A DNA stretch of 64,000 nt, taken from the NCBI GenBank assembly GCA_022773145.1, contig JALEYW010000061.1, positions 1,501 through 65,500 on the forward strand. The letters run 5' to 3'. Within the stretch, counting starts at the first letter, position 1; the number at the start of each line of letters is the position of its first letter. Shown here in pieces: positions 40,998-51,758 of this stretch. This DNA comes from Bacteroidales bacterium. GTDB lineage: Bacteria; Bacteroidota; Bacteroidia; Bacteroidales; Bacteroidaceae. Made by a program: the position numbers and the translations under genes. The notes beneath the pieces were generated by a model, which ran no database searches, was not told the DNA's origin, and saw only the letters and a program-made list of their open reading frames with translations.

Positions 40998-42530
40998 TTA
41001 GTAGATGGAAACGGTGTGGAGGAGCGGACAGGCTTTGCTGTCTTTGATGGTGATGCGCACCGCCTTGGCAGTGAAGCCCACATCGTAGCTGGACGAGGTG
41101 TTTCCGTTGAGGGGAATGATGCGCTTGTAGCCGATGGTCGTCTGTGCGATGTTGGTGGCGCGGGGCGTGAAGTTCACGCCGTCTTCGCTTGTTTCGATGG
41201 TGAATTTCTTGACGCGCTGTCCGAGCTTGATGAACTCCATCATGCTGACGTAACGCACAGTCTGCAGCGTGTCCCAGGTGAAGGTGAGTGAAGCCTGCGT
41301 CACGCCGTCGTCGGTGGCCCAATAAGTGTTTTTGTCACCATCCGTCACGTTGGCCGCCGCATAGTTCACGGTCTGTCCGGCCTGACGGGTGGCCGAGGCC
41401 GTCACCGTGGCCGCGGGGGCGAGGTCGGTGCCGAGGCGGGCCTTCATGAGGGCGCCGAGCTCTTCCATGCGGCTGACCGTAGCTTGGGGGAGCGAACCGC
41501 TCTTGTCGGGCGGGAGGTTGAGAATGAGCGTGGCGTTGCGTCCCACGGTTTCGAGATACATCTTGAACAGCGTTTCGGCACTCTTCACGCTTTCGCCTTC
41601 GTGCCAGAACCATCCGCGGTCGGTGCCTTTGGCGTCGCTTTCGCCGGGATGCCACTGCCATCCGTTCTCATTGCCATACTCGCCATTGCCCATGGCCCAG
41701 TTGGTTTCACCGGCCCATCCGGCCTCGTTGCCAATCCAGCGTGCTTCGCCGCCCACGCCCCAAAGGATGATGTCGGGACAGGTGTTGTGGATGGAGTCAC
41801 GCAGGTTGGGAATGTCGTAGTAAGTCTGTGCGTTGTCAATGGTGCGCAGGGCGTTGGCTCCGCCGTAGTAGCCCCGGTGGTCACCGCCCGTGGCACCATC
41901 GAACCACATTTCGAACTGCTTGGTGCCATAGGCGGCCAGTTCGGCACATTGCTCAAAGAACACCTTCTTGGTGTAGTTATCGGTATAGTTGCCGTTGGCA
42001 TCCTTCTCGCCCCAATAGGCACTGTTGAGGTCCCAGGGCGAAACGTAGAAGCCGTACTTCATGCCGAGTTCTTCGGCGGCGGCGGCAAAGTCGCGGGGGA
42101 TGTTGGTGTCAGCGCCGTAGGTCGTGCCCGAGTTGCCGACGTGGTGGTCGGTAGTCTTGGTGGGCCACAGGCAGAAGCCGTCGTGGTGTTTCACCACGGC
42201 AATACCGCCCTTCATGCCGGCCTTCTGGGCGGCTTCGAGCCACTGGCGGGGATTGGGAGCAGCGGTGGGATTGAAGTTGGAGTTTGCCTCACTGCCATCG
42301 CCCCACTCGGCGTTGGTATAAGTGTTCATACCATAATGGTAAAAGGCATAGAACTCCGTTTCGTTCCACTTCAGCTGGCGTTCAGTAGGAACGGGGAACA
42401 CCGGCCGAGGGGTATTTTCGGGGTTATCAAGCACTTGCTGCTGCAAGGTGAAATTGCCCTGCGCGAACAAGGTGGCCGGGAAGGTCAATGCCCAGCCGAA
42501 GGCGTAAAGCAATAGTTTGTTTTTCTTCAT
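40998..42530 (-). CDS. GH29 alpha-L-fucosidase with F5/8-type (CBM32-like) domain
   Basis: FYHYGMNTY, KHHDGFCLWPT, WFDGA and TVGRNATLILNLPP motifs; start at MKKNK. Confidence 0.92.
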   Translation of the reverse strand: MKKNKLLLYAFGWALTFPATLFAQGNFTLQQQVLDNPENTPRPVFPVPTERQLKWNETEFYAFYHYGMNTYTNAEWGDGSEANSNFNPTAAPNPRQWLEAAQKAGMKGGIAVVKHHDGFCLWPTKTTDHHVGNSGTTYGADTNIPRDFAAAAEELGMKYGFYVSPWDLNSAYWGEKDANGNYTDNYTKKVFFEQCAELAAYGTKQFEMWFDGATGGDHRGYYGGANALRTIDNAQTYYDIPNLRDSIHNTCPDIILWGVGGEARWIGNEAGWAGETNWAMGNGEYGNENGWQWHPGESDAKGTDRGWFWHEGESVKSAETLFKMYLETVGRNATLILNLPPDKSGSLPQATVSRMEELGALMKARLGTDLAPAATVTASATRQAGQTVNYAAANVTDGDKNTYWATDDGVTQASLTFTWDTLQTVRYVSMMEFIKLGQRVKKFTIETSEDGVNFTPRATNIAQTTIGYKRIIPLNGNTSSSYDVGFTAKAVRITIKDSKACPLLHTVSIY

Positions 42531-42624
42531 AATAGAGTTTGTTAAGGTTATCAGGATAAGAGAAATGAAAGATGAGAGGGCTGGATTTGGAAAGGTCAAA
42601 GAGTCAAATCTTTATTACTTATTC

Positions 42625-43104
42625 CTACAAAGGATAGTTCAGGTTTTCTTCCGTGGCGCATTCCAGCACCTCGTGAAGGTATTTGGCAGCTTCATATCGC
42701 GCCATGGGCAGGTCGTGGAGCAGGCAGGTGCCGCAATCGCGGGGCGTGGTGCCGGGCACTTCACCCTCATAGCCGGCCACAAAGGCGAAAGTTTCCTTGA
42801 GCACGGGCAACACGTCGGCCGGGGTATAGTCGCCACGCACCAAGAGATAGTTGCCGGTGAGGCAACCCATGGGTCCCCAATACACGATGCGGTCTTTCCA
42901 CACGGGGTGGTTGCGGAGGTAGGTGGCGGCCAAATGCTCGATGGTGTGGATGGCACCCTGCCCCAATACGGGTTCGCGGTTGGGCAACTTCATACGGACA
43001 TCGAAGGTGGTTACCACCTCACCGCCCACATGGTCTTTGCGGGAAACATAAACTCCGCGCAACAGGCGCAGATGGTCGATAGTGAAACTGGGTATTTTCT
43101 GCAT
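42625..43104 (-). CDS. luxS: S-ribosylhomocysteine lyase
   Basis: SFTIDH, HTIEHL and GPMGCLTG motifs. Confidence 0.95.
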   Translation of the reverse strand: MQKIPSFTIDHLRLLRGVYVSRKDHVGGEVVTTFDVRMKLPNREPVLGQGAIHTIEHLAATYLRNHPVWKDRIVYWGPMGCLTGNYLLVRGDYTPADVLPVLKETFAFVAGYEGEVPGTTPRDCGTCLLHDLPMARYEAAKYLHEVLECATEENLNYPL

Positions 43105-43191
43105 GGGGACGCAAATGTTATCGTTAAAGAGAAAGAGGGGAAGAAAAGGAGTAAACAATGAAGGTGAAGGCAGAAATCGTCGAAAGAACTA

Positions 43192-43887
43192 CTATGCCTG
43201 CGTGATTTTTTCCAGCAAGGAACGGGTCACGCCGAAGGACTTTTCAGCCATCACTTCCCAAAAGTTGAAGTATTGGTCGAGATGCTTATCGGCACCGGGA
43301 GTGTCGCTGATGATGCGGAAACTCAGGAAAGGAACATGGTAGAGGTGGCACACCTGGGCCAACGCTCCGCTCTCCATATCCACTGCCAAGGCTTCGGGGA
43401 AACGGGCTTTGATGGCAGCGAGCTGCTGCCGGTCGGTAATAAATTGGTCGCCACTGCAAATCAGTCCGTCGAGCAGGCGCACGTCCGCCTCCACCAGCCG
43501 AGCAGCCTGCAGCAAACCGGCATCGCCCTCGTAGTAAAGCGGAAGTCCCTGTACCCTGCCCGGCTCGGTCTCGGGTCCACAGTCCACATCGTGGTACACC
43601 ACACGTTCGCCCACCACCACGTCGGCCACCTGCAAGCGGCTGTCGATACCTCCTGCCACGCCGGTGTTGACCAAAGCATCGGGGGCATAACGCTTGATCA
43701 GTTCCACGGCACCCACGGCTGCATTGACCTTGCCTATACCGCTCTGCATCAACACCATCCTTTGGTGATTGAAAGTACCGGTAACAAAAGAGAATGGGCC
43801 GTCGGTCACGGTTTCCGTTTCCGTCAACAGACCGGCTAACTGCTCATGCTCTTTTTGCATGGCATTGATGATGGCTATTGTTTTCAT
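43192..43887 (-). CDS. mtnN: MTA/SAH nucleosidase
   Basis: SGIGKVNAA, NTGVAGG, VDMESGA and RIISD motifs; TATATTTG -7 element at 43913-43920. Confidence 0.95.
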   Translation of the reverse strand: MKTIAIINAMQKEHEQLAGLLTETETVTDGPFSFVTGTFNHQRMVLMQSGIGKVNAAVGAVELIKRYAPDALVNTGVAGGIDSRLQVADVVVGERVVYHDVDCGPETEPGRVQGLPLYYEGDAGLLQAARLVEADVRLLDGLICSGDQFITDRQQLAAIKARFPEALAVDMESGALAQVCHLYHVPFLSFRIISDTPGADKHLDQYFNFWEVMAEKSFGVTRSLLEKITQA

Positions 43888-43984
43888 TGTTGCTATTGTT
43901 TTCCAATGCCTGCAAATATAGGACTATCACTTTTATGCAAGGTAGGATTTTTTCAAAAATAAAGCAAAACGCGCGAATTTCTTC

Positions 43985-44102
43985 AGGTTATGAGGTTAGG
44001 GTCGCTTTCGCTCCCAGGTTATGAGGTTATAAAGTTACTCTGGCGTATTCCCTTCCTTCAGACAGTTACTTTATAACCTCATAACCTAATAGCTCATAAC
44101 CT
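43985..44102. repeat. Family P palindromic element
   Basis: ggttatgaggttataaagttac...gttactttataacctcataacc. Confidence 0.88.
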
Positions 44103-44113
44103 TGGAAGGAACC

Positions 44114-44779
44114 TCACAAGCTGAACACATTCCACAACCCTTCGGGATAGGGAGCGTCCACCGAGATGGTCTGATGACTGACGGGATGCTCAAACTCAAT
44201 ATGGCGAGCATGCAGCGAAATGGAACCGTCGGGATTAGACCGCCGCGCCCCATACTTCAGGTCGCCCTTGATGACACATCCGATGGTGGCCAACTGGCAA
44301 CGTATCTGATGGTGACGGCCGGTGTGCAAATGCACTTCAAGAAGGTGGTAGCGGTCGGACGAGGAGAGCAGCCGGTAATCGAGCACCGCCTTCTTGCTAC
44401 CGTTTACTTCTGCCGCATGGGCATAAGCCTTGTTCTGCCGCTCGTTGCGTGTGAGCCAATGCGTCAGCGTATCAGCCGTTTGAGGCGGCGGCGCACAAAC
44501 TATGGCGTGATAGTTTTTACGTACATTTCCATCCCTGAACATGGCATTGAGCCGTGCCAATGCTTTACTGGTTCGGGCAAAGACCACGATGCCGCTCACG
44601 GGGCGGTCCAAGCGATGGACCACTCCCAAGAACACCTGTCCCGGCTTGACATATTTTTCCTTGATATATTGCTTCACCGTTTCGGACAAAGGCACATCGC
44701 CCGTCTTATCGCCCTGTACAATCTCCCCCGGGGCTTTGTTGACAATAATCAGATGATTGTCTTCGTAAAGGACTTCCAT
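44114..44779 (-). CDS. RluA family pseudouridine synthase
   Basis: VHRLDRPVSG and TGRHHQIR motifs. Confidence 0.93.
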   Translation of the reverse strand: MEVLYEDNHLIIVNKAPGEIVQGDKTGDVPLSETVKQYIKEKYVKPGQVFLGVVHRLDRPVSGIVVFARTSKALARLNAMFRDGNVRKNYHAIVCAPPPQTADTLTHWLTRNERQNKAYAHAAEVNGSKKAVLDYRLLSSSDRYHLLEVHLHTGRHHQIRCQLATIGCVIKGDLKYGARRSNPDGSISLHARHIEFEHPVSHQTISVDAPYPEGLWNVFSL

Positions 44780-44797
44780 ACAATCAAATTGGGTGTG

Positions 44798-45000
44798 AGG
44801 TTATGGCTGAGGTTATGAGGAATAAGGTTATGAGGGATAAGGTTATGAGGTTATAAAATTACTATTTGAGCGTTCGATAATTCAAGCGTTCTAATAGTGA
44901 CTTTGCATAAGATCGGCTGCGCTCGGCATAGCTCAAGCAAGCTTGGCTCTGCACTCACTGGCACAATCTTTATTACCTCATAACCTTATCCCTCATAACC
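44798..45000. repeat. Family P element carrying a nested family B mini-element (44901-44971)
   Basis: 9-mer arms; insert bounded by CTTT direct repeats, 2 mismatches versus 48431-48501. Confidence 0.9.
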
Positions 45001-45024
45001 AGAGAGAGAAAAAAGTCTTCCAGA

Positions 45025-45771
45025 TTACATATTCATACCGCCGTCAACCTGAATAACCTGGCCGGTAACATAGCTGGCCAAGTCGGAGGCGAGGAAGGTG
45101 GCCACATCGGCAATGTCTTCGGGTTTACCGCCACGGCGCAGGGGGATGGCCTTCATCCACTCCTTGCGAACCTCCTCAGAGAGGGCGGCAGTCATGGCCG
45201 TTTCGATGAAGCCCGGGGCGATAGCATTGGCGCGCACGCCACGGCTGCCCATTTCCTGTGCCACGCTCTTGGCCAAAGCAATCATACCGGCCTTGGAAGC
45301 AGCGTAGTTGGACTGTCCGGCATTGCCGTGAACACCTACCACAGAAGCCATGTTGATGATGGAACCACTGCGCTGACGCATCATGATGGGCGTGCAGGCA
45401 TGGATAAAGTTGAAGGCAGATTTCAGGTTCACACCGATAACGGCATCCCACTGCTGTTCCGTCATGCGGATCATCAGACCGTCCTTGGTAATACCGGCAT
45501 TGTTCACCAGCACGTCGATCGAGCCGAAGTCCTCGTGTACCTTCTTCACCACCTCGGCGGTCTGTGCGAAATCGGCGGCATTCGATGCGTAAGCCTGGCA
45601 CTTCACGCCCTTAGCTTCGATTTCCTGACGAGTGGCTTCGCCGTTCTCGTCAATGACCAAGTCGGTAAAGGCGATGTTAGCACCTTCTTCGGCAAACTTC
45701 AATGCAATGGCCTTGCCGATACCACGGGCAGCACCCGTAATCAAGGCCGTCTTTCCTGTTAAAAGTCCCAT
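45025..45771 (-). CDS. fabG: 3-oxoacyl-ACP reductase
   Basis: TGAARGIG, NNAGITKD and YAASK motifs. Confidence 0.95.
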   Translation of the reverse strand: MGLLTGKTALITGAARGIGKAIALKFAEEGANIAFTDLVIDENGEATRQEIEAKGVKCQAYASNAADFAQTAEVVKKVHEDFGSIDVLVNNAGITKDGLMIRMTEQQWDAVIGVNLKSAFNFIHACTPIMMRQRSGSIINMASVVGVHGNAGQSNYAASKAGMIALAKSVAQEMGSRGVRANAIAPGFIETAMTAALSEEVRKEWMKAIPLRRGGKPEDIADVATFLASDLASYVTGQVIQVDGGMNM

Positions 45772-45806
45772 TTTTTTGTTTGAAAATTTATATGGTTTGA
45801 AAAAAA

Positions 45807-46430
45807 TTATTCATTCACGCCAGCTTCTGCCGTATCGGCCGGGGGCACCGGCATATCCAATACGCGGAGCAGGATGTCGCGCACCATGGGATAGGTTTCG
45901 TCCTCTGCCAGCCCCACTCCCAAGCGGTCGTAGATGTAAGGCACTTCGAGCCCCTTGATGGTACAGTGGATGATGTCCGACATCAGTCCCACGTGTACGA
46001 TACGGAAACGTCCGCAGTCCACCCCTTCCTGCAAGATGGCCGTGAGCACGCGGTGTTCCTCCTCATCGAAAGTGCGTCGCACCTTTTCCACCATCCAGAT
46101 GTTGCGGAAGAACTCTGCGCGCAACGTACCGTTACGCGCCACCGTGTCGCGTATGGTGCGCAAATGCGTATAGATGAGTTTGAAGATTTTCTCTTCGGGC
46201 GGCACATCCAAGTCGAGCACGGCAGCAATGTTCCCGGACAATCGTGCGAGCTCCTCTTCGATCACCGCATAGTAAATTTCCTCTTTATTGCGGAAATATG
46301 TATACAGTGTGCGCCGTCCACGCCCCGAAGCTGCGGCGATGTCGTTCATGGTGGTAGCTTCAAGTCCTTGATGGGCAAACAGTTCGCGAGCCACTTCCAA
46401 CAGCCTGTCCCGAGTTTTGGATGTTGACAT
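45807..46430 (-). CDS. TetR/AcrR family regulator
   Basis: N-terminal HTH TTMNDIAAASGRGRRTLYTYFRNKEEI. Confidence 0.93.
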   Translation of the reverse strand: MSTSKTRDRLLEVARELFAHQGLEATTMNDIAAASGRGRRTLYTYFRNKEEIYYAVIEEELARLSGNIAAVLDLDVPPEEKIFKLIYTHLRTIRDTVARNGTLRAEFFRNIWMVEKVRRTFDEEEHRVLTAILQEGVDCGRFRIVHVGLMSDIIHCTIKGLEVPYIYDRLGVGLAEDETYPMVRDILLRVLDMPVPPADTAEAGVNE

Positions 46431-46482
46431 AAATTATAATCAGTCTGTTAAAAAATTAAGCACATTTTTCCTTACAGTGTGC

Positions 46483-46550
46483 AAAGTTAGTGCAAGGCGA
46501 GAGCAATGCAAAAGAAAAAGTCAATTTTCTTTTCATTGCCAAGCCGCAGC
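46483..46550 (+). repeat. Family B mini-element variant overlapping the TetR -7 element
   Basis: tagtgcaaggcgagagca[hairpin]tgccaagccgcagc flanks match 61837-61893; TAACTTTG on the - strand at 46482-46489. Confidence 0.75.
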
Positions 46551-46599
46551 TCAGACATCCTAGATGTGTTGCTCGGCAAATTTTGGGAAATGGCGAAGA

Positions 46600-46707
46600 A
46601 TGCTTCACAAGTCGCCAAGTTGATTTTCCTACTCGCCGAGTTACTTCTTCTACTCGCCGAGTTGCTTCTTCTACTCGCCGAGTTGTACGAAATAGTCCGC
46701 CACTTGT
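46600..46707. repeat. 21-bp period array (composite element copy 3)
   Basis: Five units, three containing ctactcgccgagt, the last tgtacgaaatagtccgccact. Confidence 0.85.
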
Positions 46708-46823
46708 AGAGGGCAGGTCAGCCGATGTATAAAACAGGAGAAGGACAACCGAAAGAAAGGGATAAAATGTGAAATTATACAAATACCCAACAAGCACTTA
46801 AACCATTCACCATCTATTATTTC

Positions 46824-47159
46824 TCGCACGCGCGCGCATATACGTAATTTATTTCCTAAAAAAAGCATTCACACCTTCACACACCGCATCAAAACAATTG
46901 ATTTTCAGCGATTTACGGTGTGAACACTTTGCATTTCAAGCCTTCACACGCCACCCCAAGCATTCACACATGGCAAATCCTGTGAAGGACGGTGAATTTA
47001 ATATTTTTTATTGTTTCACTTATATCCGTCCAGGTGTGAAGGGTTGAAAATGCAAGTGTTCACAGGCTTTTCCTATGGAAATCAGCAATAAAAGACCGGG
47101 TTGTGAAAGAGTGAATGCTTTTTTCGGGTATTTAATAACGTATATACGCGCACGCGCGA
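46824..47159. repeat. Family L large inverted-repeat element, copy 3
   Basis: tcgcacgcgcgcgcatatacgt...acgtatatacgcgcacgcgcga termini. Confidence 0.88.
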
Positions 47160-47224
47160 TGGGGTGATTGAGGTTATTTCGTGGGGGGATGAGGAAACAA
47201 TGAACCAACTTCCTTTACGCCAAC

Positions 47225-48295
47225 CTATTGTCCGTTCAGCAGTTCTTCCATTTTTGCTTCCAGTTCCTCGCCGTGAAGCCCTGTGGCCACAATCTTACCA
47301 TCGGGGGCAATGAGTACGGTTTCGGGGATGGCTCTCACACCGTATATTTCGGACGCGGCAGCATCCCATCCCTTGAGGTCGGAAAGGTGGCTCCACGGGA
47401 GGTTGAGACGGCGGATGGCCGACAGCCAGGCTTCCCGCTTGTTGTCGAAAGATATGCCCACGATGAGCAGGCCGCGACCGGCGAATTGGTCGTGCAGCTT
47501 CTTCATACCGGGCATGGAGCCGATGCAGGGGGCGCACCATGAGGCCCAGAAATCGAGCAGCACGTAACGGCCGGAACCGACATATTCGGAAAGGCGGTGC
47601 TTCGTGCCTGTGGTGTCGGGCAATTCCATGTCGTGATACTTCTGGCCGGGCAGGCGCTTCTGCATGGCCCAATAGTATTTCCACACATTCTCCATGTCGG
47701 GATGATGATGAAAGGCATGTGCATCCTTCAGGCAGGCTTCCAGTTGCTCAGGCGGCAACATGGCGAACTGCCCCAGCAGGGAGAGATAATATACGGGAAT
47801 GACATTGTCGAGGTTTTCCGTGATGGTTATCCACACGATTTGGCGCACCTGCCGTTCCAAGGAGTCGGCAACGGTGCGGTCCGCATCCTCCTCGTGCTCC
47901 ATCAGCTCGGTTTCAATGGTGTCAAGCGCAAGCCGGTAGCGGTTGAAGCGTTGGTTGAGCGGAGAGCCCTTCACCACCCTGTTCGTGCGGAAATCAATTA
48001 CGGCACGGGCAGGCTGGTTGTCCACGATGAGCACCATCCATCCGCCTTTGCCGTCCTCTATTTGCAGGAACTTGTGCAGCGGCTGGCGTACGCTTATGCG
48101 GAAACGGCCATTGCGCACGGGATATTTCCGGCTGTGGGTATATGGCCTTTCTTTCAACAGGATGGTATCGGCACCGCTGGCTGTTCCTTCTATGACAAAG
48201 TCAATAGAGTCGTTTTTCACGGGAGTGAACACTTGTGACCGCCCTGCAAAAGCAATGAGGGCAAGCAGGGCAGTGATGATGAATTTCTTGTTCAT
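47225..48295 (-). CDS. TlpA-like thiol:disulfide oxidoreductase (DUF4369 + AhpC/TSA-type)
   Basis: Signal peptide; LDFWASWCAPC and YGVRAIP motifs. Confidence 0.9.
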   Translation of the reverse strand: MNKKFIITALLALIAFAGRSQVFTPVKNDSIDFVIEGTASGADTILLKERPYTHSRKYPVRNGRFRISVRQPLHKFLQIEDGKGGWMVLIVDNQPARAVIDFRTNRVVKGSPLNQRFNRYRLALDTIETELMEHEEDADRTVADSLERQVRQIVWITITENLDNVIPVYYLSLLGQFAMLPPEQLEACLKDAHAFHHHPDMENVWKYYWAMQKRLPGQKYHDMELPDTTGTKHRLSEYVGSGRYVLLDFWASWCAPCIGSMPGMKKLHDQFAGRGLLIVGISFDNKREAWLSAIRRLNLPWSHLSDLKGWDAAASEIYGVRAIPETVLIAPDGKIVATGLHGEELEAKMEELLNGQ

Positions 48296-48311
48296 TGTGT
48301 CATTGGATATG

Positions 48312-48533
48312 GGGTTATTGCTGAGGTTATGAGGTTATTGCTGAGGTTATGAGGTTATTGCTGAGGTTATGAGTTTTTTAGGTTATAGGGTTACTATTTA
48401 GTTGATGGTATTCAGGCGTTACAGTAGTAACTTTGCATAAGATTGGCTGCGCTCGGCAGAGCTCAAGCAAGCTTGGCTCTGCACTCACTGGCACAATCTT
48501 TATAACCTTATAACCCCGTAACCTGATAACCTC
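48312..48533. repeat. Family P element carrying a nested family B mini-element (48431-48501)
   Basis: Tandem ggttattgctgaggttatga arms; 67-bp insert relative to the empty site at 33111-33142. Confidence 0.9.
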
Positions 48534-48537
48534 ATAT

Positions 48538-49212
<675 letters not shown>

Positions 49213-49278
49213 AGTCTGTTGTTGATGAGTTCTTGACAGTGCGTTTTTATTATGACTTTCGGCTTATCGAAAACGTTT

Positions 49279-51717
49279 TTATTCTTTGGCGATAATCTCT
49301 GAGGGATTGGTGCGCAGAATGCAGCGGATGTGCCAGCTGACGATAGTGGCTATCAGCACGACGATGACGAGCGTGCCCATAAGGCAGGGCCAGAGCGGCG
49401 ACATGTCGGCCCCGGACAATGTTTCGTCATTGAGGTCCTCGGCGCTGAACATGATGTCGTTGAAGAGCACCGCCACGGGCAGGGCCACGAGCAGCGCCAT
49501 ACTGACGATGAGCAGATAGACGCGGCCGAAGAGGCGGTAGATGTCGCCCTTCTTGGCACCACATACCTTGCGAATGGCCACCTCCTTGCGGCGCGAACGG
49601 GTGTCGAGGGCAATGGTGCTATAGAGGCTCATGGCGCAGATGACGATGCTCACGACGCCGAGGATGGTGCTAACAAAGCGCATGACGTTGACCACGGACA
49701 GCGCGGCGCTGCAGTAGTCGTGGAAGTTGTGCGTCATGGGCTGCACGATGGTGGGCACCATCTGCTCGATGACGGCGTTCGTCTCGCGCATCATCCGGTC
49801 ATACTCCCCCTTTCGGGGAACGAGCACGAAGTCCGTGGCCATGGCGTCGGTGATGGCCGGGCAGACGGCGATGGAGAGTTGGCGGCGCTCGTAGGGCACA
49901 TAGGAGATGGTGCCCGCGATGGGTAGCACCAGGTCCGCCCCTATCGGTCCGAAGCGCCGGAGGGTCAGCGTGCCGTTGAGGGCCACGCCCACGCTGCGCA
50001 GCCGGGCATAGACGCTGTCGTTCAGCAGCAGGCACGGACCCGCGCAGGCCCCCTTGTTGAGCCACTTCACGCGCAGGTCGTAGAACGAGAGGATGGTGGT
50101 GTCGGCGGTGCAGAGGAAGGGCAGGTGGTCCTGATTCTGAAGGGTCGCCATGGCGTCGGCATTGCCCGTCACCTCGGGCAGCGACAGGTAGTACACCTCG
50201 TGCGGCATCATCTTCTCCACGCTGTGCAGGCGGCCAATCTCCTCCTTGAGCGCCTTGATTTCATACTGCGCCTCGGTGGCGCCCAGAAAGGCGCATTCCT
50301 CGTAGGGCGCCGTGTCGTCGGGGATGTGGTAGGGCCGCAAGACCAGTCCGGACCATCGGCTGACGGTGAACGTGGCACAGATGAAGACCGTGCTGATGGC
50401 CACCTGAAGGCCCAGCATGACGTAGCGGAACAGGTGCGAGCGGCTGCCCCGCATGTGGCCGGCCAGGCCGTGATCCGCCCGCCGCACACGCGCCACGGTC
50501 AGCCAGATGACGAGGGCGCAGACCACGAGCAGCATACCGCCGATATAGAGGCAGAAGGGGGCAAAGTTGAGAGCGAAGAAGTCCATTTCGGGGACGATTT
50601 GGGCAAACCGCGTGGTCAGTACGTTCTCCACCACCCACAGGGCCATCACCATGGCTGTGGCGGCCGAGAGCAGCACCACCAGCGCCACCTCGGTGAAGAG
50701 CAGACCGAACAGATGGCGGCGCTTGGCCCCATGGGTGATGCGCAGGGCCATCTCGCGGCGGCGCATCAGGAACAGCTGTATCTCCATGCGCAGGAAGCCG
50801 ATGATGGCGGCCACGAGGATGAGCGCGCCGATGAGGTGGACCAGCGTCTGCGTGGTGATGACGCTCTGAATGTCCTCCCGGCTGACCGCCGGCGCCACCC
50901 CGGCCTCGAGGGCAAAGGGCTTCAGCCGCGCGTTCAGTTCTTCAATCAGTTGGCGCTCCGTGCACCCCTCGCGCAGCACCATCTGCGCCGTCGTACTGTA
51001 GAACACCTCCCTGTCGTTGCCATACACATGGGCTCCGAAGAGGTCGCCGTCCTGCTCGCCGAGCGAGAAATAGACCGTGTTGTTGCTGAGGGCCACCTCG
51101 TGAACGGAGAGGTCTTCAAACACATCGACGATGGTCAGCGGCAGGGGCCGCATCTCGTTGGTCTGGTAGCAGACGGCGCCCACGGGGTCGGTATCGCCAA
51201 ACATGGTAGCGGCATTGCGGCGGCTGACGACGGCCTCGCCCGGTGCCAGTCTTTTGATGGGCTGCCCCGTGATGGCCGAGCGCACCCCGGCCAGGTTGAA
51301 GTAGTCGGGGTCGATGGAGGTGTAGTTCATGGCCGCCTTGCGCGCTGTCGAGTCTGCCAGATGAAACTCCACGATGTTGCTGAAGGTGTTGCCATTGGGC
51401 ATGGCCATGCGCTCAACGCTCTTCAGACCGCCGTCGCGCTTGAGGGCACGGATGACGTCGCGGGTGAAGGACGTACGGCGCCTGTCGTCGGCCTCGTTCT
51501 GATTGGCCTCGTTCTGATTGGCTGCCATAAGGCTCACGGCGCAGGTGCGGCCGTAGTATGGCTGGCTGTAGATGGCGGGGAACGTGACGTTCGACACCAA
51601 GGCGTGGGCGATGGCCAGCGTGACGATGCCGATGGCGATGCTCAGCACGGAGATGAGTGTCTGAAGCTTGTACTTCATGAGGTTGCGCCCGGCAACCTTG
51701 AGATGGTGTAGGATCAT
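49279..51717 (-). CDS. ABC transporter permease (FtsX/MacB type, duplicated)
   Basis: MILHHLKVAGRNL start; two FtsX motifs RRREMALRITHGA and RRKEVAIRKVCGA. Confidence 0.9.
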   Translation of the reverse strand: MILHHLKVAGRNLMKYKLQTLISVLSIAIGIVTLAIAHALVSNVTFPAIYSQPYYGRTCAVSLMAANQNEANQNEADDRRRTSFTRDVIRALKRDGGLKSVERMAMPNGNTFSNIVEFHLADSTARKAAMNYTSIDPDYFNLAGVRSAITGQPIKRLAPGEAVVSRRNAATMFGDTDPVGAVCYQTNEMRPLPLTIVDVFEDLSVHEVALSNNTVYFSLGEQDGDLFGAHVYGNDREVFYSTTAQMVLREGCTERQLIEELNARLKPFALEAGVAPAVSREDIQSVITTQTLVHLIGALILVAAIIGFLRMEIQLFLMRRREMALRITHGAKRRHLFGLLFTEVALVVLLSAATAMVMALWVVENVLTTRFAQIVPEMDFFALNFAPFCLYIGGMLLVVCALVIWLTVARVRRADHGLAGHMRGSRSHLFRYVMLGLQVAISTVFICATFTVSRWSGLVLRPYHIPDDTAPYEECAFLGATEAQYEIKALKEEIGRLHSVEKMMPHEVYYLSLPEVTGNADAMATLQNQDHLPFLCTADTTILSFYDLRVKWLNKGACAGPCLLLNDSVYARLRSVGVALNGTLTLRRFGPIGADLVLPIAGTISYVPYERRQLSIAVCPAITDAMATDFVLVPRKGEYDRMMRETNAVIEQMVPTIVQPMTHNFHDYCSAALSVVNVMRFVSTILGVVSIVICAMSLYSTIALDTRSRRKEVAIRKVCGAKKGDIYRLFGRVYLLIVSMALLVALPVAVLFNDIMFSAEDLNDETLSGADMSPLWPCLMGTLVIVVLIATIVSWHIRCILRTNPSEIIAKE

Positions 51718-51758
51718 GTGCATTACGTGATGGGGGATTTGTATGTTTGATTGTGAGG

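Noticed and set aside
44901-44971. Integron attC sites for the mini-hairpins
   Set aside because: No RYYYAAC/GTTRRRY boxes, no cassette array and no integrase.
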